From a bacterium (GTDB lineage: Bacteria > Patescibacteriota > Minisyncoccia > Phycocordibacterales > CAIZLB01), in assembly GCA_031411135.1 (NCBI GenBank), contig JANOAN010000004.1, positions 1 through 61,350 on the forward strand: 61,350 bases of DNA. The letters are read 5' to 3'. The position numbers were made by a program, and so were the translations under genes. Of the stretch, positions 26,701 to 35,351 are shown one piece after another. How positions within the stretch are numbered: position 1 is the stretch's first letter; every line of letters begins with the position of its first letter. Under the pieces are notes generated by a model. The model saw only the letters and a list, made by a program, of their open reading frames with translations, did not search any database and was not told where the DNA came from.

Positions 26701-26751
26701 TTAGCCAGAGCTAAAAGCCCATTTTTTAAATCGGTTTTTAGCTCTGGCTAA
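26701..26751. repeat. Perfect 16-bp inverted repeat with a 19-nt spacer at the low-GC/high-GC boundary
   Basis: TTAGCCAGAGCTAAAA (26701-26716) pairs with TTTTAGCTCTGGCTAA (26736-26751). No T-run after it on the plus strand. Confidence 0.7.
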
Positions 26752-26827
26752 GGAATCCAAAGTGGATTTCAAGGCTTGAGCATCAACACAACACCCACAA
26801 GAAACAACGCAGAAACCTACAGCAAAT

Positions 26828-27421
26828 ATGGCAATTATTGAACTTGGGAAGGGTCGTATGACCATGCACACCACTCGTGAAAAAAACAAAACATCTGTGA
26901 CTGCTCGAAAGGGCGTCACGATTTACAACAGCGGACAGGTGATAGTCGCTAGTCCTGCTGGTCGGGTTCAGGTCATTCTCGAAAAAGATGGCCTTGAGAT
27001 TGTCGGTAGCACATTCCAGCTCGGTACAAACTCACCTCGGACAACCTCAGGAAAAGCCTTCTCCTGTCTCGTCGAAGAGTATGCGCTCGGTCCGATTCAG
27101 GTCATGAACGCAGCGATGGGAAATGACAAAAATCATCCTGGGGAAATGGTTGCCTCCAGGCTCTACACCGGAGAAATGTCATTTTCACTTGCGCAGGCAA
27201 GTGAAATTCTGATCGACACCCACACCTGGGGTTTGTACGCAGATCCTGATCACACGCTGATCATTCCCGTCCACAACGAGGCTGGTCGCATCGTCTATCT
27301 CGTCGGTAACTACCAACGCCGCCTAGAACGGTGGAAAATGAGGGTCTCGAAACTTCTCGGGCGCGGTCCTGATAAGGGAGCGATGGTCATTCTGAGGAAT
27401 CGGCCGTCGAAGCAAAAGTAA
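26828..27421 (+). CDS. Hypothetical protein (197 aa); GC-rich cassette C
   Basis: Long ORF, 31/60 G+C at 27001-27060, with its own strong terminator. No family recognised. The alternative start MTMHT is preceded by GGGAAGGG. Confidence 0.55.
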   Translation: MAIIELGKGRMTMHTTREKNKTSVTARKGVTIYNSGQVIVASPAGRVQVILEKDGLEIVGSTFQLGTNSPRTTSGKAFSCLVEEYALGPIQVMNAAMGNDKNHPGEMVASRLYTGEMSFSLAQASEILIDTHTWGLYADPDHTLIIPVHNEAGRIVYLVGNYQRRLERWKMRVSKLLGRGPDKGAMVILRNRPSKQK

Positions 27422-27431
27422 TCGGCGAATC

Positions 27432-27480
27432 AGACCCGCGCAGCGCACTTCAATGTTGCGCCGCGCGGGTCTTTTCTTTT
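27432..27480 (+). terminator. Intrinsic terminator of cassette C
   Basis: AGACCCGCGC (27432-27441) pairs with GCGCGGGTCT (27463-27472), with an inner GCGCA/TGCGC helix, then a T-run. Confidence 0.85.
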
Positions 27481-27529
27481 TCCTCCTTTTTCATGCTATT
27501 ATTTTTACATACAAAATAATTTTTAATCA

Positions 27530-28081
27530 ATGACATTTCCTCAAATCGTAACTTACACACTTGCTAGCCTAACAGTTTTTGCCCAGATAATGTCTCTGGC
27601 ACTTTTGGTGGTTATGTTTTTTACAAAAGGTGATAACGCTGTCATCAAGTTCTTCAAAAAATATGGAATGATGATCGCATTTATTGTAGTCATTACAGCC
27701 ACTCTTGGAAGTCTTACCTATTCAGACATTATTGGTTACAACCCATGTAAACTTTGCTGGTTCCAACGTATTTTAATGTACCCGCTTGTTCTTATTCTTG
27801 GTGTAGGTATATGGCATAAAATTTCTTATAGAACTTCGACTTTATATGCCCTTATTCTATCTATAATGGGAATTCCTCTGGCTTTTTTCCACTATTTGGT
27901 CCAATTAGGCTTTATCAATGCTCCTTGCTCAACTGCTGGTATTAGTGTTTCTTGTACTGAACGTAGCTTTACCACTTTCGGTTACATCACCATCCCAATC
28001 ATGGCACTTTCAGCCTTTCTTCTGGTTGCCTTAATCATGCTCGTCTTACGAAGCGACAAGAACGTTGACCTCCAAAGCTAA
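27530..28081 (+). CDS. DsbB/BdbC-family disulfide oxidoreductase (183 aa)
   Basis: Four TM helices. NPCKLCWFQRILMYP (CxxC followed by QR) and a second Cys pair, CSTAGISVSC. Confidence 0.8.
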   Translation: MTFPQIVTYTLASLTVFAQIMSLALLVVMFFTKGDNAVIKFFKKYGMMIAFIVVITATLGSLTYSDIIGYNPCKLCWFQRILMYPLVLILGVGIWHKISYRTSTLYALILSIMGIPLAFFHYLVQLGFINAPCSTAGISVSCTERSFTTFGYITIPIMALSAFLLVALIMLVLRSDKNVDLQS

Positions 28082-28105
28082 TTCTGTTACTATCTTCCTA
28101 CTAAT

Positions 28106-28438
28106 ATGTTAAAAATACGACTACAACGAATTGGCCGAAAAAACGCACCGTCTTTCCGATTGGTTTTGACTGATTCTCGAAACTCTACAAAAAGCGGTAA
28201 ATCACTAGAAATTTTAGGTTTCCACGACTTCCAGAAAGATGGAACTAAATTAAAGAACGAAAGAATCCTTCACTGGATTTCAAAGGGTGCTCAGGTTTCT
28301 GACACTGCTCACAATCTTTTGGTTTCAAACAAAGTGCTTACAGGAAAGAAGAGAAATGTTCTTCCAAAAAAGACTTATGTAAAGCCTGTTGAAGTTGCAA
28401 AAGAAGAACCAAAAGTTGAAGCTCCAGCCACTGTATAA
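28106..28438 (+). CDS. rpsP: 30S ribosomal protein S16
   Basis: MLKIRLQRIGRKNAPSFRLVLTDSRNSTKSGKSLEILGFHD. Confidence 0.95.
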   Translation: MLKIRLQRIGRKNAPSFRLVLTDSRNSTKSGKSLEILGFHDFQKDGTKLKNERILHWISKGAQVSDTAHNLLVSNKVLTGKKRNVLPKKTYVKPVEVAKEEPKVEAPATV

Positions 28439-28508
28439 GACTGATTGACCGCAATTCTGCCTATCTATATAATTACATTATTACTCGTAATTATTCAGCA
28501 CATTTAAT

Positions 28509-28814
28509 ATGAAAGATCTTGATGTACAGTTTTTAGAATACGTAGTGAAGTCACTAGTCGAAAAACCAGACGAAGTAAAAATTAACCGAACCGTGGATGA
28601 AATGGGAGTATTACTGACACTAACAGTAGATCCGGTAGATATGGGAAAGATTATCGGAAGATCAGGAAACACTGCAAAAGCAATCCGAATCCTTCTCCGA
28701 GTGGTTGGAATGAAAAATAATGCTCGCGTGAATTTAAAAATTAATGAACCAGAAGGTGCTGCGCCGAGAGCACCAAAGAGTGAGGATGATGCAGTAGAGG
28801 ACATGAGTTTATAA
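28509..28814 (+). CDS. KH-domain RNA-binding protein (YlqC/UPF0109 type)
   Basis: LVEKPDEVKI...LTLTVDPVDMGKIIGRSGNTAKAIRILL contains the GxxG KH motif. It occupies the canonical position after rpsP. Confidence 0.85.
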   Translation: MKDLDVQFLEYVVKSLVEKPDEVKINRTVDEMGVLLTLTVDPVDMGKIIGRSGNTAKAIRILLRVVGMKNNARVNLKINEPEGAAPRAPKSEDDAVEDMSL

Positions 28815-28837
28815 AGATGGGGGATGGGAAGAGCATG

Positions 28838-28866
28838 AAAGCCGCTGAAAAGCGGTTTTTTTTGTT
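28838..28866 (+). terminator. Intrinsic terminator after the KH gene
   Basis: AAAGCCGCT, loop GAAA, AGCGGTTTT, then a long T-run. Confidence 0.8.
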
Positions 28867-28871
28867 TGTAA

Positions 28872-29918
28872 CTGAGTTCAACAAGTAAGCACACCACTCT
28901 GTTAACCTAGAGTGATATGAATTACAAGCATTTGAGCATCGAAGAATGCGAAAAGATTCAAACAATGATATGGGAAAAGAAGTCCATTCGGGCCATTGCA
29001 AGAGAGTTGGGACGATCTCACACCACATTGTCTCGTGAGATTAGAAGACACAATCCCGAAGAGATTAAGCGGTACACACCACGTCTAGCACAAATACGTG
29101 CCAAGGAGAGAACTAAATCACGTGGTAGGAAGGATCGTCTAAAGAATGAAACTGTTCGTACATATGTTAAGGAAAAATTGAAAATGAACTGGTCACCTGA
29201 ACAGATATCTGGATGTATTAAATCTGACACAGGATTCACCATCTCTCATGAGGCCATCTACCAATATGTGTACTCACAAGTACATCGAAATGGTTGGGGT
29301 TTGTTGAAGCCAAACCATGAAGATTTACGAATATGTTTACGTAGAAAAAGAAGGAGAAGATAGAAGCAAGGTCTGCGTCGCTCCCAGAGGATATTTAGGT
29401 TACGTGGAACATCGATTGAACAACGACCAAAGGTTGTTGATCAACGTAAACGCATCGGTGACTGGGAGGGTGACACGGTGGAATCGTGTAATCACAAACC
29501 CGGAGTTAACACTCTGCTTGAGAGAAAGACAGGGTTGTTTTTAATTACAAAAGTTAAAAACAAAACCAGTGGTGCAACTACAATTGCAATTGAAAAGAGA
29601 ATGCAAATATTACCTGACAGTGTGAAGAAAACCCTCACTTTGGACAATGGTTTTGAAAACAGTGACTGGCAAGGTATTGAAGAAAAGACAGGACTCAAGA
29701 CCTTCTTCGCTCATCCGTACTCATCACATGAAAGAGGTGCTAATGAGAATGCTAATGGACTCCTCAGAGAATATTTCCCTAAAGGCACAGACTTTACTAC
29801 AATATCTGATGATGAAATACAAAGAGTTGAGTATTTAATCAACACAAGGCCGAGAAAACGCCTTGGCTGGAAGACACCATTACAAGCCATGATTGGTGCA
29901 CTTCAAGGTTGAATTCAG
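28872..29918 (+). mobile_element. IS30-family insertion sequence (~1.05 kb; ends approximate)
   Basis: The transposase ORF fills the element. The candidate imperfect terminal inverted repeats are CTGAGTTCAAC (28872-28882) and GTTGAATTCAG (29908-29918), matching at 10 of 11 positions. Confidence 0.7.
28917..29912 (+). pseudogene. IS30-family DDE transposase, single reading frame interrupted by one in-frame TAG (29361-29363)
   Basis: N-terminal HTH (SIRAIARELGRSHTTLSREIRRHN) and WSPEQISG. Reading past the TAG in the same frame gives KQGLRRSQRIFRLRGTSIEQRPKVVDQRKRIGDWEGDTVES..., then the DDE core (TLDNGFEN...HERGANENANGLLREYFPKGTDF). The track ORFs at 28917 and 29478 are in the same frame. Confidence 0.85.
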
Positions 29919-29929
29919 CGTATAGAACA

Positions 29930-29958
29930 TTGACACTTTACCATATAAATGTTATTAT
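29930..29958 (+). promoter_or_regulatory. Promoter TTGACA-17-TATTAT upstream of the PEP-CTERM gene
   Basis: TTGACA at 29930-29935 and TATTAT at 29953-29958. An AT-rich context abuts a GC-rich ORF. Confidence 0.45.
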
Positions 29959-30074
29959 ATTTAAGGACTATCTATCTCCATACAGGAGGGTGTTTTTTAA
30001 CCACCTGCGCTAATGCGCGACACAGGCAGAAGCTCTAAGAGTTTTTGCTGTAGATAATTCGAAGAACGATTGAC

Positions 30075-31043
30075 ATGAAAAAATACGCACTACTTATGCT
30101 CGCGATTTTCATCGCAGCGGGCGCCATGGCGGACACATCGCTGTGGGTTGGGGTGAATGAATTCACCGGGTCATCAGGAGCCGAGAAATATATCGGGCTA
30201 TACGAAAATGGAGTCCGAACCCAAAAAGTGTTTTCACCGCAAACGGAGGTCGGGACTTACCAAGTTCGTGATCTCATCCAGATTGACGTGGGGCACGTCG
30301 CAGTTTTCAACGGCACGTTCACACCGACTCTCTGGAACTATTCACTGGATCCCCATGAGACATCGTCGCTGACGGGTTTTACGGAATGGTCGAGTACAAA
30401 TGTTACCTACAGGGGCGGTCTCGCCAAAATGGGAAACATGCTCTACCTCTCCGACGAGATGACTTACAACGGCGGGGAGGCTTACGGAATCATTCAGTAC
30501 GACCAGACTGCGGGGACCGCGATTCGCTTTGCGACGGATTTCCAAAGTATGGACCTTGCAGTATCCGGCAACTACATCTACGGTATGGATGGTAACGGAA
30601 AGGTCAACAAGTACGATCCAAGCCTCAATCTGGTTTCCACCGTGACATTGCCGAACGTCGGAAACTACATGGGTCTTGGTGTTGGCGTCGAGGGAGACCT
30701 TTACGTGTCATTCTCTACCTGGCTGAACGGAAACAAGGAAATCCAGAAGTTCTCGCCAGCCGGTACGTTAGTGAAATCGCTGATTGTTCCGAACGTTGGA
30801 GGCATGGGCGACATCGACATAGATACGCTCACTGGTGCCATCGCAGTTGGGACTACAAACTCGGGCATGGTTGTTATCACTGACACCAATCTCGATAGTT
30901 ACTCCTCATTCCGTGCTACTGACAGTGAGTCGGGGGGTAGTACGTTCGTCGCATTTGCCCAAAATGTTCCCGAACCAGGGAGTGCGACACTCATACTTCT
31001 CGCCGGCGGCTTGTTTGCCGGACGAAGAAGACGATCGAGATAG
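30075..31043 (+). CDS. Secreted beta-propeller-like protein with a canonical C-terminal PEP-CTERM sorting signal (322 aa); GC-rich cassette D
   Basis: Signal peptide MKKYALLMLAIFIAAGAMA. C-terminus NVPEPGSATLILLAGGLFAGRRRRSR (PEP, then a hydrophobic helix, then an Arg cluster). 33/60 G+C at 30481-30540. Confidence 0.8.
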   Translation: MKKYALLMLAIFIAAGAMADTSLWVGVNEFTGSSGAEKYIGLYENGVRTQKVFSPQTEVGTYQVRDLIQIDVGHVAVFNGTFTPTLWNYSLDPHETSSLTGFTEWSSTNVTYRGGLAKMGNMLYLSDEMTYNGGEAYGIIQYDQTAGTAIRFATDFQSMDLAVSGNYIYGMDGNGKVNKYDPSLNLVSTVTLPNVGNYMGLGVGVEGDLYVSFSTWLNGNKEIQKFSPAGTLVKSLIVPNVGGMGDIDIDTLTGAIAVGTTNSGMVVITDTNLDSYSSFRATDSESGGSTFVAFAQNVPEPGSATLILLAGGLFAGRRRRSR

Positions 31044-31064
31044 AGAGAATCTCGATTCGAAAAC

Positions 31065-31098
31065 AACGCGCAGGGCCTCCACAGGTTCTGCGCGTTTT
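31065..31098 (+). terminator. Intrinsic terminator of cassette D
   Basis: AACGCGCAG (31065-31073) pairs with CTGCGCGTT (31088-31096), then TTTT. Confidence 0.75.
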
Positions 31099-31146
31099 CA
31101 TATCTACACATGTACAAGGTTAGATAAATATTGTATATTCACACCC

Positions 31147-31869
31147 ATGCCACTCACATTCCACCTCATCTCACTTTTCCCCGACGCCTTTTCTTCCTAC
31201 CTAAATGAATCTATTTTAGAGAGAGCACAAAAAAATAAATTAATTAAATTTAAATTCTACAACCCACGCGATTTTGTTAAACCAACAGCCTCACAAAAAG
31301 GAAAAGAAAAACCATATTTACGCATCGACGACAAACCATACGGCGGTGGTCCCGGCATGGTCATTCAAGCATTGCCAATAATCAAGGCTGTGGATAACTC
31401 TATAAAAACAGCAAAAAAATCAAAAAACTTTAAGAAAGTTTTAATCTTAAACACATCTCCGTCTGGTACCCAATTTACAAACAAACTCGCCTCCACTTAT
31501 ATAAAGGACATATCGGACATTGTTATTATCTGTGGCCGTTATGAAGGAATTGACGCTAGAGTCAAAAAAGTCTTTAAAAACATTAAGGATGTATCTATCG
31601 GTCCATTTGTCCTCACAGGAGGGGAATTGCCAGCTATGGTTATGATAGACGGGATTTCTCGCCATATTAAAGGGGTTCTAGGGAATATTGACTCTATAGA
31701 GGAATCACGCACCGCATCTAGCGATGTTTACACCCGTCCAGCTAGTTTTTCCTATAAGGACAAGGAGTATAAGGTACCTGCTACTTTAACCTCCGGAAAC
31801 CATGCCAAAATCAATCAATTTCGCTCAAAAAAACCAGGGGGTACTGGGGATAAAAACATCAAAGTCTAG
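31147..31869 (+). CDS. trmD: tRNA (guanine37-N1)-methyltransferase (240 aa)
   Basis: MPLTFHLISLFPDAF...DDKPYGGGPGMV...ICGRYEGIDARV...SIGPFVLTGGELPAMV. The track ORF start at 30835 overlaps the PEP-CTERM gene and is rejected. TATATT (31134-31139) lies 7 nt before the ATG. Confidence 0.92.
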   Translation: MPLTFHLISLFPDAFSSYLNESILERAQKNKLIKFKFYNPRDFVKPTASQKGKEKPYLRIDDKPYGGGPGMVIQALPIIKAVDNSIKTAKKSKNFKKVLILNTSPSGTQFTNKLASTYIKDISDIVIICGRYEGIDARVKKVFKNIKDVSIGPFVLTGGELPAMVMIDGISRHIKGVLGNIDSIEESRTASSDVYTRPASFSYKDKEYKVPATLTSGNHAKINQFRSKKPGGTGDKNIKV

Positions 31870-32150
31870 TACCCAAGTCAATCAGAGTTTTCCACAATTG
31901 ACGCCTCCTCAAATGTAGGCTACTATATGACTCTGCGTAGGACGATTGAGTAATGGACGACTCTTCGCGGGAAACTCTCACTTTTTAAAAATTCTTTTGA
32001 ATCGGTTAACCTTATTAAAATAAATTAGAAGAATATAAGCGTGTTCGCTTACGCTCCATATTTTTGTCGTTTGTTTTAATAATGATTTCAAAATAAATTC
32101 TAGAAAAGTGAGTGTGATTATTAAACTGGGATAACCACACGCATTATTTT

Positions 32151-35100
32151 ATGATGAGACAGAAGAAATATTTTTCAAGATTTAAGGAACCTCTAGCACC
32201 GCTTCCAAACTTGGTAGAACCGCAACTGAATTCTTACAAATGGCTTTTAGAAGAAGGTATTCAGGAAGTATTTAATGAATTTTCATCAATCAAAGACTTC
32301 TCGGAGAAAAAATTCGAGTTGGATTTTCTTGATTTCAAATTAGACAAGCCTAAAAACGACGAATGGACTGCAAAAGAAAGAAAGGAAAACTACGAAACTA
32401 CAATTAAGGTTAATGTTCGACTTAAGAACAAAATTCTTGGTACAACAAAGGAGCAAGAAGTTTTGATGGCTGACATCCCTTTGATGACAGATCACGGAAC
32501 ATTCATTATTAACGGTAATGAAAGATTAATCGTGCCACAGCTGGCGCGATCTTTTGGAGTGTTCTTCACTTCACAAGAATTGAAAGGAAAGAATCACTTT
32601 GGTGCGAAAATCATTCCCTCACGAGGAGCTTGGATTGAACTTGATAGTGAACACGATGGAGCGATCTATGTTCGAATCGATCGAAAGCGAAAATTCCCAG
32701 TGACATCCTTACTTCGCGTCCTCGGAGTAAAAGATGACAAGTCTATCAAGGAACTTTTCAAAGATCGAGAAGATGTTTTGCCTTTGATTGAAACTTCATT
32801 AACCAAGGATCATGCAAAGACAGTAGATGAATCATATATAGAAATTTACAAACGCCTTCGAGATGGTGATTTGGCAACTTCTGAAAATGCTCGAGAATTT
32901 ATTGACAATCTTTTGTCTTCTGAAAGATACGATTTGTCAAAGGTTGGACGACATCGATTCAACTTCCGATTCGAAAAAGCAATGGATGAAAAAGCTCTTG
33001 CTGTAATGACTTTGAAATTGGATGACATCGTTACAATCATCGGCCACATTGTTGAATTGAACTTGAAGCCAGATGCATTGAAAGACGACGTGGACCACTT
33101 GGCTTCACGACGTGTTCGTTATGTTGGAGAACTTCTTCAGCAAAAAGTGCGCTTTGGTCTAACTCAGATCAAGAGAAATATCATGAACCGAATGTCGACT
33201 ATCGACACTTCGACTTCAATGCCGATTCAGCTGATCTCACCTCGACCTCTACAGGCTCGAATCAAGGAATTCTTTACGACTAACCAGTTGTCACAGTTCA
33301 TGTCACAGGAAAACATTCTTGCAGAATTGGAACACTTGCGACGTGTATCAGCTCTTGGTCCCGGCGGTTTGACTAGAGAGCGAGCAGGAACAGATGTGCG
33401 AAACGTGCATCCATCTCACTACGGAAGAATTTGTCCAATTCACACACCAGAAGGTCAGAACATCGGTTTGGTATTACAGCTTTCTACTTATGCACGAATC
33501 AACAATTTCGGTTTGATTGAAACTCCTTACGCTGTTGTTAAAAACGGAAAGATTACAAAGGAAATCGAATACTTGAACGCACTTGAAGAAGAGCAGAAAT
33601 ATATTGCGCACGCAGCGACTCTTTATGATGAAAAGACAGGAAAAATTACAAACGACACATTAGAAGTGCGACAGAAAGGCCAGCCAGTAATCGTAAAGCG
33701 TGAAGAAGTTGATTACATCGACGTTGCGACTGAACAAGCTTTCTCTGTTTCAACTTCAATGATTCCATTCCTAAACCACGATGATGCGAACCGAGCACTC
33801 ATGGGTTCAAACATGCAAAAGCAGGCTACTCCGTGTATCGTTCCTGAAGCACCTTTCGTTGCAACTGGAATCGAAGATAAAGCAGCCCTCGACACAGGTC
33901 GCGTTATTGTTGCCCCAGATGAAGGAACTGTTACTGCGGTCGATGCTATGGGAATTACTTTTAAGACTTCAAAAGGAAAGGAACTTGAATACAAGTTGGC
34001 ACAGTTTAGCCGAACAAACCAGTTCACAGCTTTCCACCAGCGACCTACGGTTGATGTTGGACAGAAATTAAAGAGAGGTGATGTAATGGCGGATACTTCT
34101 ACATCAGTTGGAGGTCAGATGGCACTTGGTCAGAACGTCTTGATTGCGTTTATGACATGGGCCGGTGCAAACTATGAAGACGCGATTATCGTTTCTGAAA
34201 GATTGGTTAAGGACTCAAAATTTACAACTATCCACATTGAAGAGTTCGTAGTAAACGTTCGAGATACAAAACTTGGTCCCGAAGTGACAACTCATGACAT
34301 TCCAAACGTTGGAGAAGGACGACTTAAGAATCTAGACGTTGAAGGTGTTATTAGAGTGGGAGCTGAAGTCCGCCCAGGTGACATCATTGTTGGTAAAATT
34401 ACTCCAAAGTCTGAAACACAACTTACTCCAGAAGAAAGATTGCTACGATCAATCTTCGGTGAAAAATCTCGTGATGTTAAGGATACTTCAAAGAGACTTG
34501 AAAACGGAAAACGTGGACGAGTTATCAATGTAAAAGTATTCTCTCGAGAAAAGGGAGATAAATTGGAATCAGGAATCATCAAGAGAATTCACGTTGAAGT
34601 TGCGGTTCTAAGAAACGTGATGGTCGGAGATAAATTGGCTGGACGACACGGAAACAAGGGTGTTATTTCACGCGTTCTTCCGGTTGAAGACATGCCATAC
34701 ATGGCTGACGGAACTCCTATTGATATGATTTTGACACCACTTGGTATTCCATCTCGTATGAACCTTGGACAGATTTTGGAATTACACCTAGGTCTTGCAG
34801 CTCATAAATTAAATTACCAAGCCATTGTTCCACCATTCGTAGGAGCAACATCTGAAGAAATTAAGGCTGAATTGGTAAAGGCCGGATACGCTGAAACTGG
34901 AAAGATGAAATTGTTTGATGGACGAAACGGAGAACAGTTCACTCAGGACATCTCAGTTGGTTACATGTACATGTTGAAACTTCACCACATGGTTGAGGAT
35001 AAGATCCACATGCGATCAATTGGTCCATACTCTCTTATTACTCAACAGCCTCTCGGTGGAAAGGCGCAAGGTGGAGGTCAGAGATTCGGAGAAATGGAAG

Positions 35101-35342
35101 TGTGGGCGCTTGCAGGTTACGGAGCGTCTCATGCACTTCGAGAAATGTTGACTATCAAGTCCGATGATATCCAAGGACGATCACAAGCTTTCGACTCACT
35201 TGTTAAGGGTCAGATGATTCACGATCCAAATACTCCGGCATCATTCAACGTGCTCTTGGCGAACCTAAGAGGACTATGCATCGACGTCGAAATGCAGAAC
35301 TCGAAAAAATTACCAGCAGAATCTAACGAAGTTAACTCTTAA
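32151..35342 (+). CDS. rpoB: DNA-directed RNA polymerase subunit beta (1063 aa)
   Basis: Conserved blocks are present throughout, e.g. GRHGNKGVISRVLPVEDMPY and GGQRFGEMEVWAL. Confidence 0.98.
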   Translation: MMRQKKYFSRFKEPLAPLPNLVEPQLNSYKWLLEEGIQEVFNEFSSIKDFSEKKFELDFLDFKLDKPKNDEWTAKERKENYETTIKVNVRLKNKILGTTKEQEVLMADIPLMTDHGTFIINGNERLIVPQLARSFGVFFTSQELKGKNHFGAKIIPSRGAWIELDSEHDGAIYVRIDRKRKFPVTSLLRVLGVKDDKSIKELFKDREDVLPLIETSLTKDHAKTVDESYIEIYKRLRDGDLATSENAREFIDNLLSSERYDLSKVGRHRFNFRFEKAMDEKALAVMTLKLDDIVTIIGHIVELNLKPDALKDDVDHLASRRVRYVGELLQQKVRFGLTQIKRNIMNRMSTIDTSTSMPIQLISPRPLQARIKEFFTTNQLSQFMSQENILAELEHLRRVSALGPGGLTRERAGTDVRNVHPSHYGRICPIHTPEGQNIGLVLQLSTYARINNFGLIETPYAVVKNGKITKEIEYLNALEEEQKYIAHAATLYDEKTGKITNDTLEVRQKGQPVIVKREEVDYIDVATEQAFSVSTSMIPFLNHDDANRALMGSNMQKQATPCIVPEAPFVATGIEDKAALDTGRVIVAPDEGTVTAVDAMGITFKTSKGKELEYKLAQFSRTNQFTAFHQRPTVDVGQKLKRGDVMADTSTSVGGQMALGQNVLIAFMTWAGANYEDAIIVSERLVKDSKFTTIHIEEFVVNVRDTKLGPEVTTHDIPNVGEGRLKNLDVEGVIRVGAEVRPGDIIVGKITPKSETQLTPEERLLRSIFGEKSRDVKDTSKRLENGKRGRVINVKVFSREKGDKLESGIIKRIHVEVAVLRNVMVGDKLAGRHGNKGVISRVLPVEDMPYMADGTPIDMILTPLGIPSRMNLGQILELHLGLAAHKLNYQAIVPPFVGATSEEIKAELVKAGYAETGKMKLFDGRNGEQFTQDISVGYMYMLKLHHMVEDKIHMRSIGPYSLITQQPLGGKAQGGGQRFGEMEVWALAGYGASHALREMLTIKSDDIQGRSQAFDSLVKGQMIHDPNTPASFNVLLANLRGLCIDVEMQNSKKLPAESNEVNS

Positions 35343-35351
35343 ACCAAATAT

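Noticed and set aside
26701-26919. 72-aa minus-strand ORF upstream of cassette C
   Set aside because: It spans the 16-bp inverted repeat and overlaps the start of the 197-aa plus-strand ORF. No start context or family.
29317-29544. 75-aa ORF in a third frame between the two IS30 transposase fragments (it suggested a frameshifted transposase)
   Set aside because: Hand translation shows both fragments and the linker are in one frame, interrupted only by TAG 29361-29363. The 75-aa ORF is a shadow.
30835-31146. N-terminal 104 codons of the 344-aa track ORF that contains trmD
   Set aside because: This part overlaps the 3' end and terminator of the PEP-CTERM gene in another frame and has no TrmD similarity. 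The conserved TrmD sequence starts at MPLTFHLISLFPDAF (ATG 31147).
31870-32150. 281-nt region upstream of rpoB as a structured leader or ncRNA
   Set aside because: There is a plausible promoter (TTGACG-17-TACTAT around 31899-31928), but only short weak hairpins and AT-rich sequence. The evidence is insufficient to call a regulatory RNA.
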